Part shown: piece after piece, positions 1 to 10,167 of the stretch
Position numbering within the stretch: position 1 is the stretch's first letter
Layout of the letters: every line of letters begins with the position of its first letter
Assembly: GCA_964584965.1 (NCBI GenBank)
Contig: CAZPBM010000057.1
Coordinates: forward strand, 647-64,646
Direction of reading: 5' to 3'
Length of the DNA stretch: 64,000 nt
Source of the DNA: an uncultured Candidatus Bathyarchaeia archaeon
Lineage (GTDB): Archaea > Thermoproteota > Bathyarchaeia > Bathyarchaeales > DTEX01
Notes under the pieces: model-generated
What the model saw: the letters and a program-made list of their open reading frames with translations, nothing else
What the model was told of the DNA's origin: nothing
The model's database searches: none
Position numbers and translations under genes: made by a program

Positions 1-11
1 CTGAAAAAGAG

Positions 12-2345
12 TTGCGTATGAGGATTAAGGAGTTAAAGAGTGATCTATGTACATTAAAAGATTTTGAGGTTTCTATTGGCAAGATTATTGAAGAAATGTG
101 GACTGAAGAAGCCGGTCCAACTGCGTTCCCATCCATAGCCGATTTGAGAGAATGGGACTTAAAACTTTTGGAAAGGTATAAACCGTTCTATATGCCTTTC
201 TGCGATGTCTGTTGCCTCTGCACCTTCGGAAAATGTGACTTAACCGGAGATAAACGGGGAGCTTGCGGATTAAACATGGCAGCGCAGCAGTCCCGCATCG
301 TTCTGCTTGCATGCTGTATAGGCGCCGCAACCCATATAGCCCACGCTAGGCACCTAGTTGAACACTTGATAGAGATTTTTGGCCGTGAACATTCAATAGA
401 CGTTGGAGGTGTAAGTGTCGAGGTTGAGGCTCCAGTTACCCGCTTGGTTTGTGGAGTTAGGCCTAAAACATTAGCCGACTTGGTTGATGTTCTGAACTAC
501 CTTGAAGGACAGGTTACTCATCTGCTTTCAGCAACTCACACAGGGCAGGAGGGAAGCAACATTGATTTTGAATCTAAAGTTTTTCACGCTGGAATGATAG
601 ACCAAGTCGGAATGGAGATCGCAGACATCGCGCAGATATCTGCCTACAGGTTTCCTAAGGCTGATCCTGAAGCTCCGCTCGCAGAAATAGGGCTCGGTGT
701 AGTTGATGTTACTAAGCCCGTTATTTTGGTTATTGGGCATAATGTTCCGCCAGCCATTGAAATCGTGGATTATCTTACGGATAGAGGATTGTACGGCGAG
801 GTAGAGGTTACTGGTCTATGCTGCACGGCACACGATGTAACCCGATATAATCCCAAGGCAAAGATAATCGGCCCCATCTCATGGCAGCTCAGGTTCATAA
901 GAAGCGGAATACCGGACGTAATCGTCGTTGATGAGCAGTGTATTCGGGCAGACTCCTTAGTCGAGGCTCAAAAAATTAGGGCGCCGTTGATCGCTTCTAG
1001 TGAAAAAAATTGTTTGGGGCTTCCAAACCGAACGAACGACTCTCCGGATGAGATAGTTAAGGATCTGTTAGATGCAAATACACCTGGCGCACTCATCCTT
1101 GACCCGGCTAAAGTTGGAGAGGTAGCTGTCAGAACAGCGATAGCAGTAGCTCCGAAGAGAAGAAAGTTCAAAGCTATACCTGACATAGATGACGTGATTG
1201 AAGGCGCCAAGCGATGTCTGAAATGCGATGACTGCAGAAGGGCTTGTCCTAATGATCTGCCCATAACCGAAGCCATGGCAGAAGCCGCGATGGGAAATCT
1301 AGAGGAACTCTCAAGCCTCTACGAAGAATGCGTCGGATGTGCACGTTGCGAAAGCGCGTGTCCGTTGGATTTTCCGTTACATAGCTTCATTGTTAAGGCG
1401 GCTGAGAAAAAACTGAAAGAAGAGAAGTACAAGATACGAGTAGGTAGAGGAGCGATACGAGACACTGAGATAAGGGAAGTCGGCGGCCCGATAGTTCTCG
1501 GCGAGATTCCTGGCGTTGTAGCGTTCGTTGGATGCGCCAACTATCCAAAGGGTGGAAAAGAAGTTGCTGAGATGGCTATGGAGTTCGCCAAGAGACGGTA
1601 CATTGTGCTAACGTCTGGCTGCGCCGCGATGTCAGCGGCAATGTTTAAGGATGAGGATGGCAAAAGTCCCTATGAAATTTATTCGGGGGTATTTGATGCA
1701 GGCGGCATCGTAAATGTTGGTTCCTGCGTCTCGAACTCTCACATAGCTGGAGCAGCGATAAAGATTGCTAGCATATTTGCCAAGCGTAGACTGCGCGGAA
1801 ACTATGAGGAGATAGCCGATTACATCCTTAACCGGGTCGGCGCTGTTGGGGTGGCTTGGGGAGCCATGTCTCAGAAGGCAGCCGCAATCGCAAGTGGTTT
1901 CTGGCGGCTAGGAGTGCCCGTGATAGTTGGGCCTCATGGCTCTAAATATAGGCGCATGCTTTTAGGTAGAAAGGATCAAATGGAAGACTGGTATGTTTAT
2001 GACGCCCGTACCGGAGAGAAGGTTTATGTGGGTCCCACACCAGAGCATCTATTTTATGCGGCTGAGACAAAAGAGGAAGCCATGGTCGCAATAGCTAAAT
2101 TCTGCATGAGACCGAATGACACTACGAAGGGCCGATCCGTCAAGTTGACGCATTATGTAGATTTGAGTAGACGCTTATACGGTGTGATGCCAGATGATAT
2201 TCACCTGTTTGTACGCACGTTGGCCGATGTCCCAATCACGATGAAGGATGAGATATTAAAGGTTTTGGAAGAGAAGGAGTGGAGGGAAAACATCATACCT
2301 GATCCAACTCTTCTTCCCAGATTGATTAGGAGGAGACGTGAATAA
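12..2345 (+). CDS. cdhA: Acetyl-CoA decarbonylase/synthase (ACDS) alpha subunit, CO dehydrogenase
   Basis: CDVCCLCTFGKC cluster motif, GHN, CCTAHD, DEQC, 2x[4Fe-4S] (CLKCDDCRRACP, CVGCARCESACP), GCANYP, GSCVSN. The frame is open to the window edge, so the true start may lie upstream. Confidence 0.97.
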   Translation: MRMRIKELKSDLCTLKDFEVSIGKIIEEMWTEEAGPTAFPSIADLREWDLKLLERYKPFYMPFCDVCCLCTFGKCDLTGDKRGACGLNMAAQQSRIVLLACCIGAATHIAHARHLVEHLIEIFGREHSIDVGGVSVEVEAPVTRLVCGVRPKTLADLVDVLNYLEGQVTHLLSATHTGQEGSNIDFESKVFHAGMIDQVGMEIADIAQISAYRFPKADPEAPLAEIGLGVVDVTKPVILVIGHNVPPAIEIVDYLTDRGLYGEVEVTGLCCTAHDVTRYNPKAKIIGPISWQLRFIRSGIPDVIVVDEQCIRADSLVEAQKIRAPLIASSEKNCLGLPNRTNDSPDEIVKDLLDANTPGALILDPAKVGEVAVRTAIAVAPKRRKFKAIPDIDDVIEGAKRCLKCDDCRRACPNDLPITEAMAEAAMGNLEELSSLYEECVGCARCESACPLDFPLHSFIVKAAEKKLKEEKYKIRVGRGAIRDTEIREVGGPIVLGEIPGVVAFVGCANYPKGGKEVAEMAMEFAKRRYIVLTSGCAAMSAAMFKDEDGKSPYEIYSGVFDAGGIVNVGSCVSNSHIAGAAIKIASIFAKRRLRGNYEEIADYILNRVGAVGVAWGAMSQKAAAIASGFWRLGVPVIVGPHGSKYRRMLLGRKDQMEDWYVYDARTGEKVYVGPTPEHLFYAAETKEEAMVAIAKFCMRPNDTTKGRSVKLTHYVDLSRRLYGVMPDDIHLFVRTLADVPITMKDEILKVLEEKEWRENIIPDPTLLPRLIRRRRE

Positions 2346-2904
2346 GTCGAAGTCTACTGAACCTTGGCAGACGGCTGAAATTCCGGGACCGAAGAAGGCT
2401 TTAGTCATAACCAAGCCTGAGGTTGTTTCAGCCTTAATAAGACGGGCCAAGAACCCAATACTCATAGTTGGCCACGAAGCCGTCGAGGTTCAACTCAAAA
2501 ATGAAAAACTTATAGATTACATTATCCGCATTGCTGAGAATACTAAGATTCACGTTGTGGCTACAGCGCATATGCAAGGTGAATTCTTCAAGCGGTGTTT
2601 CCATGTCGACGCTTGGATGCCTGCAGTTGACATAGCGAATAGGCTTAAGGATTCCGAGTGGAAGGGATTGGATGGTAAGGGGTCCTATGACCTCGCTCTT
2701 TTTGTAGGTCTTCCCTACTACATGGAGTGGCTCATTCTCTCTGGCCTAAAGCACTTTTCATCTGGACTTAAGACGGTTTCTTTGGGCATGCATTATCAGC
2801 CTCATGCTTCATGGTCATTCCCAAACTTGTCTGTTGAGGAATGGAGGAAAAATCTCCAAGTTATCGTAGAAGAATTGGGAGGAAAAAAGAATGTCCACGT
2901 TTGA
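2338..2904 (+). CDS. cdhB: ACDS epsilon subunit
   Basis: EPWQTAEIPGPKKA, WKGLDGKGSYDLALFVG, ASWSFPN; directly follows cdhA. Confidence 0.95.
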   Translation: MNKSKSTEPWQTAEIPGPKKALVITKPEVVSALIRRAKNPILIVGHEAVEVQLKNEKLIDYIIRIAENTKIHVVATAHMQGEFFKRCFHVDAWMPAVDIANRLKDSEWKGLDGKGSYDLALFVGLPYYMEWLILSGLKHFSSGLKTVSLGMHYQPHASWSFPNLSVEEWRKNLQVIVEELGGKKNVHV

Positions 2905-4300
2905 AGATATTCCTGTAGATGTCGGGGTCATCTACGAGGGTGAGAGAATCAGATGGCCAGACGCGTATACCGAGCTTGGAGGACCGAAAGTAGAGCACAA
3001 GTTTGAGCTAGTCAAGGTTCGAAGCGCGGAAGAAGTTGAGGATGGAAAAATAACGATAATTGGGCCCGACATAAAGGACTTAGAGAAGAAGTCGTATCCG
3101 TTTGGAATATATATCGAGGTCGCTGGAAAAGACTTGGAGGAGGGGCTTGAAGGCGTTATTGAACGTAGGATTCACGAATACTGCAATTATATTGAGGGGG
3201 TCATGCACCTAAACCAGAGATACGATATTTGGCTTCGGATAAGCAGGAGATCATTCGAGAAGGGATTAAGATCCTTCATGTTTATCGGAAAAGTCCTTCA
3301 GAGACTTTTTAAGAGCGAAATACCTATCATCGAGAAAATCCGCATCACCTTTGTAACAGACCCTGAAAATGTCAAAGAAAAGTTTAAAGAAGCGATGGAA
3401 ACCTACGAAAGGCGGGATGCAAAAGCCAGAGGCCTAAAAGATGAAGAAGTTGACGCCTTCTATGGATGCACTCTCTGCCAATCATTCGCCCCGACCCATG
3501 TCTGCGTGATTACACCTCAAAGATACTCCAACTGCGGAGCCATAAGCTGGTTTGACGGAAGAGCTGCTGCCAGAGTAGATCCTAAAGGACCGATCTTCAG
3601 GATAGATAAGGGTGAATGTGTTGACCCCTTTAAGGGTGAATACACAGGCGTTAATGAGGCTGTAAGGACAAAATCTGGAGGAGAGATCACTCGAGTTTGG
3701 CTTTATACAGCCTTTGAACATCCCCACACATCATGTGGCTGCTTCGAAGCCGTAGCTTTTTACATACCTGAGGTAGACGGTTTCGGCATAGTTCACCGAG
3801 GTTTTCCAGGAACCGCTCCCAATGGTCTTTCCTTCTCTATTTTGGCGGATTCCACGGCTGGAGGAAGACAAGTGGACGGTTTCCATGGCATATCCATAGA
3901 GTATATGCGGTCGCCTAAGTTTCTTCAAACAGATGGCGGCTGGAGCCGCATAGTTTGGCTACCTGAGACCATAAAAGAACGGATTAAAGACTTTGTACCA
4001 ACGGAGCTTATCGATAAGATTCCGACAGAGAAAGAGGTCACGAATATAGAAGAGTTGAAAGCCTTTTTGGAGAAGGAGAACCACCCAGTGGTTGAGAGAT
4101 GGAAGATCGTTCCTCTCGAGGTTGGAGCTGAAAGACCAGTCGCGGAAGAAAGGATTGAGGCTTCAGTCATGGCTTCGATGCCTATAACGGCTTCAACCGT
4201 TCCTATTGCAGATGGATCCAGAGTTGGCGTTTTTAGAATTGTCCTTAAGAATGTCAAGATTCACGCTAAAAAAGTGAGGATTCGAAGTAAGGAGAAGTGA
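2891..4300 (+). CDS. cdhC: ACDS beta subunit (acetyl-CoA synthase)
   Basis: YEGERIR, MHLNQR, FYGCTLCQSFAPTHVC, A-cluster motif HTSCGCFE. Confidence 0.97.
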   Translation: MSTFEDIPVDVGVIYEGERIRWPDAYTELGGPKVEHKFELVKVRSAEEVEDGKITIIGPDIKDLEKKSYPFGIYIEVAGKDLEEGLEGVIERRIHEYCNYIEGVMHLNQRYDIWLRISRRSFEKGLRSFMFIGKVLQRLFKSEIPIIEKIRITFVTDPENVKEKFKEAMETYERRDAKARGLKDEEVDAFYGCTLCQSFAPTHVCVITPQRYSNCGAISWFDGRAAARVDPKGPIFRIDKGECVDPFKGEYTGVNEAVRTKSGGEITRVWLYTAFEHPHTSCGCFEAVAFYIPEVDGFGIVHRGFPGTAPNGLSFSILADSTAGGRQVDGFHGISIEYMRSPKFLQTDGGWSRIVWLPETIKERIKDFVPTELIDKIPTEKEVTNIEELKAFLEKENHPVVERWKIVPLEVGAERPVAEERIEASVMASMPITASTVPIADGSRVGVFRIVLKNVKIHAKKVRIRSKEK

Positions 4301-5550
4301 GTCGCGTGAAAAATAAAAAAGGAAACAAGGATGAAAATGAAGACTCCTCCATAAAAATTGGTCCTAAACTTTTAGAGCTCCTAAGTAAACTATGCGAAAT
4401 AGAGCTTGAAGACGTAGAAATAGATGCCGGAGAACTTGAGATATGGATTCCAGCCTTGTCCACAGTTATCCCGCCTCCAGCTGTTGCACCCACGGTTACT
4501 AAGGTTGTACCTGAAAAGCCAACCGAAATTCTGAGAGCTGAGTTCAAGCCTCTGGTTCAGACCTACCCCGGAAGGATCACCGAAGTGAAGCTCGGTGCAA
4601 AAAGATCAGAGGGAGGCTCACGCGGTAGGACTCTGACGATTGGAGGTGAGACGTCGCCAGCCTTCTACTTGTTCGAGGAGGTCCCGCCAAATCTCCCCGT
4701 CGTCTCCGTAGACGTATTCGATACTGAGATCAGTCTCCCCAGAGCTTTGAGGACGTATGTTCAAGACGTTATAGGAGACCCCGCTGCTTGGGCTAAGATG
4801 GCGGTTGATAAATTCGAAGCTGACGCGGTCACTGTGCATCTGCTAAGCACGGACCCGTTGATTAAAAACGCTTCGCCAACAGATGCGGCAAAAACCATAG
4901 AGAGAGTTTTGCAGGCTGTAGATGTTCCGATCATAGTCGGCGGATGCGGAGATCCGAAAAAAGATGCTGAGGTTTTTAGGAAAGTAGCCGAGGTGTCCGA
5001 AGGAGAAAGAGTTATGCTCAGTTCCCTTACGCTTGATATGGCGGAGGCCAAGATTTTGGGGGACGTAGCCCAAGCCGCGAAGAAGCATGGTCACGTCGTA
5101 CTTGCATTCACGTCTATGGAGCTGAATCGGGCGAAGGAGCTAAACCGCAGACTATACGAGTTTCTACCTAGAGAGAGCATAGTGATGGACTTGACCACCG
5201 CTGCTTTAGGCTACGGTCTCGAATACTCATTCAGCATCTATGAAAGAGCTAGATTAGCAGCTATAATGGGAGACCTCGAGCTTCAGCATCCAACTTTATC
5301 AGGGTCGACAAACGCTTGGGCTGCAAGAGAAGCTTGGATGAAGATGGGACCTGAATGGGAGCCAAGGGAGCTCCGAGGTCCAATGTGGGAGACCGTTACG
5401 GCGCTGGCTCTGCTTCTAGCCGGTGTTGACGTATTTATGATGATGCATCCGGCTGCAATACGTACAATAAAGGAGGTTATCAAGAACTTGACGGTCTTGG
5501 GTAAGGCAAAATCCGAGGACATCGCAGATTGGGTTTCCATCAGATTATAG
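4297..5550 (+). CDS. cdhD: ACDS delta subunit (corrinoid Fe-S protein, small subunit)
   Basis: GGSR...TIGGE, GCGDPKKD, ALGYGLEYS, NAWAAREAW, RGPMWE, MMMHP. Confidence 0.96.
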   Translation: MSRVKNKKGNKDENEDSSIKIGPKLLELLSKLCEIELEDVEIDAGELEIWIPALSTVIPPPAVAPTVTKVVPEKPTEILRAEFKPLVQTYPGRITEVKLGAKRSEGGSRGRTLTIGGETSPAFYLFEEVPPNLPVVSVDVFDTEISLPRALRTYVQDVIGDPAAWAKMAVDKFEADAVTVHLLSTDPLIKNASPTDAAKTIERVLQAVDVPIIVGGCGDPKKDAEVFRKVAEVSEGERVMLSSLTLDMAEAKILGDVAQAAKKHGHVVLAFTSMELNRAKELNRRLYEFLPRESIVMDLTTAALGYGLEYSFSIYERARLAAIMGDLELQHPTLSGSTNAWAAREAWMKMGPEWEPRELRGPMWETVTALALLLAGVDVFMMMHPAAIRTIKEVIKNLTVLGKAKSEDIADWVSIRL

Positions 5551-5565
5551 GAGGCGAAAAAAGGA

Positions 5566-7008
5566 TTGACTGAAAGAGAAATAAAGAAAGGCATCAGGGA
5601 ACTAAGCCCCCTCGACATCTACAAGTTGCTTCCAAAAATTACGCCGCCCTGCGGAGAATGTGGGGAAAAGAATTGTATGGCTTTTGCAACTAAGGTGATT
5701 AACAGAGAAGTTGCCATAGAAGAGTGTTCTCCACTCTTGGAAGAGAAGTACAAAGGAGATTATGAGAAACTTAAGAAACTTTTGGCCCCAGCGGTTAAAG
5801 AAGTCACTATAGGAACGGGAGATAACTCCATCAAGATCGGCGGTAAGCTCGTTATGTATAGGCACGAGTTTACTTATCACAATCCGACACCTATAGCTAT
5901 AGATGTCACGGATGAAATGCCCGAGAACGAGGTTATGGAACGAGTTAAGATGGTTGAAGGCTTCAAATACAATTACATTGGAAGAACACTAAACCTTGAT
6001 ATGATCGCCATCAGGTCGACATCGAATGATCCTGTCAAATTCAAATCAACTGTGGAAAAGGTTGCTGAAACCACGAGGCTGCCATTGATTCTATGCTCTT
6101 TGAATCCTGATGTTATGGAAGTAGCTTTAGGATCAGTGTACGAAAGGAGACCCTTAATTTATGCGGCTACAAAAGACAATTGGAGGAAAATGGCTGAACT
6201 GGCATTAGCGTACAATTGTCCATTGACACTCTTCGCCCCGAACGATTTGAGTCTTCTCAGATCCTTAGCGAATACTCTCATTAAGTATGGTGTTAAAGAT
6301 CTTATGCTTGACCCGGGCACTTTCTATGAGGATGGATTATCCGAGACTATCAACAACTTCACTATGATTAGAAGAAATGCGTGTAAAGGTGGGGATACAC
6401 TGCTCGGCTTTCCCATCCTAGGCGCGCCCATAACGGTTTGGCTAGAGAAGGATGTGCCGAAAGAACTGCTACAGTGGAGAGAAGCCTACATCGCCTCGAT
6501 GTTGATATCCAGATACTGCGACATATTAATAATGCACAGCACTGAAGGGTGGGTTCTATTGCCAAACACTATCTGGCGGTTTAACCTCTACACAGATCCA
6601 AGTAAGCCCGTTTCGGTTGAAGCCGGATTGAAGATCTTTGGAAAGCCTGATGAAACTTCGCCGGTGATGTTTACGACAAACTATGCTTTAACCTACTTCA
6701 CGGTAGAATCAGACATAAAGTCGTCTGGTGTCGACTGCTACCTCATAGTTGTTGACACTGGCGGAATCAGCGTTGAAAGCTCCGTGGCTGGCAGAATCTT
6801 AACGGCGGAGACAGCTGCGGACGCGCTGAAGAAGTCTGGAGTCGAGGAGAAGGTTAAACATAGATATTTGATTATTCCAGGTTTAGCTGCAAGGTTAAGC
6901 GGAGAGATTGAGGAAACAACGGGCTGGCACATCCTAGTAGGTCCAAGAGACTCTTCAGGAATACCAGCGTTCCTGAAGGATAATTGGCCGCCAAAGGAAG
7001 AAGGATAA
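5566..7008 (+). CDS. cdhE: ACDS gamma subunit (corrinoid Fe-S protein, large subunit)
   Basis: IYKLLP...CGECGEKNCMAFA...C Fe-S motif, LYTDP, TTNYALTYFTVESD, VGPRDSS. Confidence 0.97.
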   Translation: MTEREIKKGIRELSPLDIYKLLPKITPPCGECGEKNCMAFATKVINREVAIEECSPLLEEKYKGDYEKLKKLLAPAVKEVTIGTGDNSIKIGGKLVMYRHEFTYHNPTPIAIDVTDEMPENEVMERVKMVEGFKYNYIGRTLNLDMIAIRSTSNDPVKFKSTVEKVAETTRLPLILCSLNPDVMEVALGSVYERRPLIYAATKDNWRKMAELALAYNCPLTLFAPNDLSLLRSLANTLIKYGVKDLMLDPGTFYEDGLSETINNFTMIRRNACKGGDTLLGFPILGAPITVWLEKDVPKELLQWREAYIASMLISRYCDILIMHSTEGWVLLPNTIWRFNLYTDPSKPVSVEAGLKIFGKPDETSPVMFTTNYALTYFTVESDIKSSGVDCYLIVVDTGGISVESSVAGRILTAETAADALKKSGVEEKVKHRYLIIPGLAARLSGEIEETTGWHILVGPRDSSGIPAFLKDNWPPKEEG

Positions 7009-7042
7009 ATCCTAGATTAAAGAAGCGGAAGCAAAGAAAAAC

Positions 7043-7807
7043 ATGAGATCGATTGTTTCGATGGGTAGGGGAGGCAGCGGAAAGACAAGTTTCGTCGCAC
7101 TTATGACAAAGTATTTTATCGAGATAGGCGATACACCGATTCTTCTTGTTGATGCGGACCCAGACCAAAATCTAGCTGAAGTCTTAGGCATAGATATGGA
7201 AAAAGAGGGGCGAAAAACAATCTCCGAGCTGCTGATCGAAACTTTCTTGGAGGGGGGAGGCACCACTGTTGGGGTGCCACCATCGGAGAGGATAGAGAGC
7301 AAAATATGGGAGAAAGGGCTGTATGAGGGAGAATACTTTGATCTAATAGCGATTGGACCAAAATGGATAGAGGGTTGCTACTGTCTCCCCAATGCCGCAT
7401 TGAAGAAAGCCTTAGAAAACCTTACAAGAACCTACAAGAACGTGGTCGTGGACTCTCCTGCTGGCTTAGAGCATTTAAACAGAAGAGTCACATCTAGGGT
7501 GGACGATGTCTTCGATATAATAGACCCTTCCCAAAAATCTTTTGACCACGTGAAAAGGGCTTTCAGGATTACAAAAGAGTTGAGCATAAGCTTCAAGAAC
7601 TTTTACATCATTGGAGGATACAGGTTTCCAAAAACCCTAGAACTCGAAGTTAAGAAAAGGACAAATTTAGAATACCTAGGGAAAGTCGCCTACGACAAGG
7701 ATGTTGAAGGTTTCATATTCTCCGGTAGATCTCTTCTCGAACTGCCGTCCTCATCCCCTGCTTACCACTCGGTGCAAGAGATCATGAAAAAAGCCGGATA
7801 CGCATAG
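7043..7807 (+). CDS. cooC: CooC/AcsF-type nickel-insertion ATPase
   Basis: GRGGSGKT P-loop, DADPDQN, GCYC metal motif, DSPAGLEHLNR; inside the cdh operon. Confidence 0.9.
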   Translation: MRSIVSMGRGGSGKTSFVALMTKYFIEIGDTPILLVDADPDQNLAEVLGIDMEKEGRKTISELLIETFLEGGGTTVGVPPSERIESKIWEKGLYEGEYFDLIAIGPKWIEGCYCLPNAALKKALENLTRTYKNVVVDSPAGLEHLNRRVTSRVDDVFDIIDPSQKSFDHVKRAFRITKELSISFKNFYIIGGYRFPKTLELEVKKRTNLEYLGKVAYDKDVEGFIFSGRSLLELPSSSPAYHSVQEIMKKAGYA

Positions 7808-7895
7808 ACTTTCCTCAATTGCTTATCAGAGCAAAAATGATACAGTTCATCAAAACATTTTCTCTGCTGCGAAGGAGCTAGAAGGCTTAAGCGTC

Positions 7896-8345
7896 ATGTC
7901 TAGTAAGAAAGAAAGCCTTGATATCTTCCAAATGCTATATGAAGCCTCCAAGAGGAAGAGGGAAGAGAGGACTAGGCTCCTAGAGTCAATTGGTGTAAAG
8001 GAATATTTCAAGGAGGGAAACATCAGGATCAATAATAGAACCTGCCGAGGTGTTGAGTGCAAATTATGCATCAAGGCTTGCCCAACAAACACACTCTACT
8101 GGGGTCAAGGCGAAGTAAAGATAATTGAGGGCCTATGCATCTATTGCGCAGCCTGCGTTCTAATCTGCATCGTAGACAACTGTATACAAATAACCAGAAA
8201 ACGAACAGATGGTAAAATAGAGAGATGCGGCACGCCAAGCGAGGTTATTAAGCTCCTAGAAAAAATAAGCTCAAAGAAGAGGCTAGACATCACAAATCGT
8301 CGATTCCAAGTCCAGAGATGTGTGGAGGGACTCAAAATAATTTAG
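7896..8345 (+). CDS. 2x[4Fe-4S] ferredoxin-domain protein
   Basis: CRGVECKLCIKACP and CIYCAACVLIC motifs. Confidence 0.85.
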   Translation: MSSKKESLDIFQMLYEASKRKREERTRLLESIGVKEYFKEGNIRINNRTCRGVECKLCIKACPTNTLYWGQGEVKIIEGLCIYCAACVLICIVDNCIQITRKRTDGKIERCGTPSEVIKLLEKISSKKRLDITNRRFQVQRCVEGLKII

Positions 8346-8393
8346 GAAAATGTAGATATTTCGTAAATGAGTAGCGTTTAACGGTGAGTTTGT

Positions 8394-9188
8394 TTGAAAA
8401 TCGCTGTTGCTGGCAAGGGTGGCGTAGGAAAAACATTAATCTCTGGAACACTTGCGCGCCTACTCGCGCGAGACGGGTTCAGAGTCCTCGCCGTCGATGC
8501 TGATCCAGCCATGAACCTAGCATACGCTTTGGGCATTCCGGCAGATGTGGCTTCCAAAATCGTTCCAATAGCGGAGAATAAGGGGCTCATTGAAGAACGG
8601 TCAGGGATTAAACCGGAATCAGCCTTCAGCATCTTCATCAACCTCACACCAACCGTAGACGACATTGCCGAGAAGTACGGCGTAGTTGGACCTGATGGCG
8701 TTAGGCTTCTCGTTATGGGAACTGTGCGCTCAGGCGGTTCTGGTTGTATGTGCCCAGCAAACTCCCTATTACGCGCCTTGATTAGGCACATCACCCTGAT
8801 AGAAAGGGACGCCGTAGTTATGGATATGGAGGCTGGGCTGGAACATCTTGGAAGAGCGACTGTACGAGGTTTTGACGCGCTGTTATGCGTTGTGGAGCCT
8901 GGAAGACAATCAATAGAAACCGCTGGCAGAATCAAACGCTTAGCCAAAGACATTAACATAAAGGAGGTCTTAGCAGTCGGAAACAAGACCATAACTGAAG
9001 AGGATGAAAAGATCATTGGCGCGTCGTTGAGTAAGATTGGACTGGACATTATCTGCACTGTTCCGTTCGATCAGAATATCGTCCGTGCCGACATTTTACG
9101 TGTAGCTCCCATAGATTACTCTCCTTCATCACCCGCAATAGCTGCCATTCAAAGGCTCGAAAAAATTCTCAAGGAAAGGTACCGTTAA
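8394..9188 (+). CDS. cooC: Second CooC-type nickel-insertion ATPase
   Basis: GKGGVGKT, DADP, GCMCP, DMEAGLEHLGR. Confidence 0.92.
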   Translation: MKIAVAGKGGVGKTLISGTLARLLARDGFRVLAVDADPAMNLAYALGIPADVASKIVPIAENKGLIEERSGIKPESAFSIFINLTPTVDDIAEKYGVVGPDGVRLLVMGTVRSGGSGCMCPANSLLRALIRHITLIERDAVVMDMEAGLEHLGRATVRGFDALLCVVEPGRQSIETAGRIKRLAKDINIKEVLAVGNKTITEEDEKIIGASLSKIGLDIICTVPFDQNIVRADILRVAPIDYSPSSPAIAAIQRLEKILKERYR

Positions 9189-9219
9189 GAGTAATATAGA
9201 AAATATTGGATGTATACGA

Positions 9220-9999
9220 GTGAGAATATTCGGGTCCTCCACTTTGCGTTTATGCTTTATTTACGGAGACGATTTCGCTGAACGCATCATAGGGAACCTT
9301 TGTAACTCGATTAATTTTTGCCAAGCCTGCGGTTTAACCTGCGAATATTGCAGAACGAAGTATGGGTCCTTCGCTGGAAATATCTATGGCGCTTACAGGG
9401 TAACTGGAGCCCTGCCATCTCTCATCGAAGAGCCTGAAAAGTTCTTGCCGCACAATATGCTGGGATGCGATGTATTAATTGCGATAGGCCTTCATTCCGA
9501 TTTGCTGTTGGCTTTGCCTTTGGTTGCAAAGGAGTCCAAGGCGAGGGTAGTAATCATTCCGATCGAGGATAAAAAATGGTGCCCTACAGCTGTTAGGCGC
9601 CAGCTTACAGAGGAGTTAAAAGAACTCGGCTTAGAGTATGCTTTCCCTAAGCCTTTCTGTTCCCTTGAAGGATCCAACCAACCAGTCTTAGAAGAATTTG
9701 TTAGGCAGTACAGAATTGGCAGACCAGAGATTAGAGTTGAAGTTAAGGACGGTTTTATCTCAAATGCCTTCGTTTTGAAGAGCGCGCCTTGTGGATCTAC
9801 ATGGTACGTGGCGCAACGCATAAAGGGAAAGGAGGTCTCCGAAATAGAAGATATTGTGGCTGTTGCCCATCACTCATACCCATGCACCGCAAGTATGGAG
9901 ATGGATACTGAACTCAACGAGCCTATACTTCATAAGGCTGGCCACATAATCCGAGAAGTAGTTAAGAATGCAATAACGAAAGTCATAACAATAAAATAG
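9220..9999 (+). CDS. DUF166 family protein
   Basis: FPKPFCSL, IGRP, SAPCGSTWYVA, HHSYPCTASM, LHKAG; extra N-terminal CxxCxxxCxxC. Confidence 0.75.
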   Translation: MRIFGSSTLRLCFIYGDDFAERIIGNLCNSINFCQACGLTCEYCRTKYGSFAGNIYGAYRVTGALPSLIEEPEKFLPHNMLGCDVLIAIGLHSDLLLALPLVAKESKARVVIIPIEDKKWCPTAVRRQLTEELKELGLEYAFPKPFCSLEGSNQPVLEEFVRQYRIGRPEIRVEVKDGFISNAFVLKSAPCGSTWYVAQRIKGKEVSEIEDIVAVAHHSYPCTASMEMDTELNEPILHKAGHIIREVVKNAITKVITIK

Positions 10000-10167
10000 T
10001 ACACATTCGAAGGCATGTATAGGGGCGAAATATTCTTTGCGATACTACGGTTTTTGAAAGTACAGTTAAAGAAGAGTAAGAAACCGTAACATGTTTGTAT
10101 TTTTATCAACATGAAATAAGATTTATCGTTGGCATTGACATATCTATGATGCGTAAGAAGGATCTTC

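Noticed and set aside
8378-9058. 226-aa antisense ORF and the many other opposite-strand ORFs in the track
   Set aside because: They are shadows of well-supported genes and carry no recognisable motifs.
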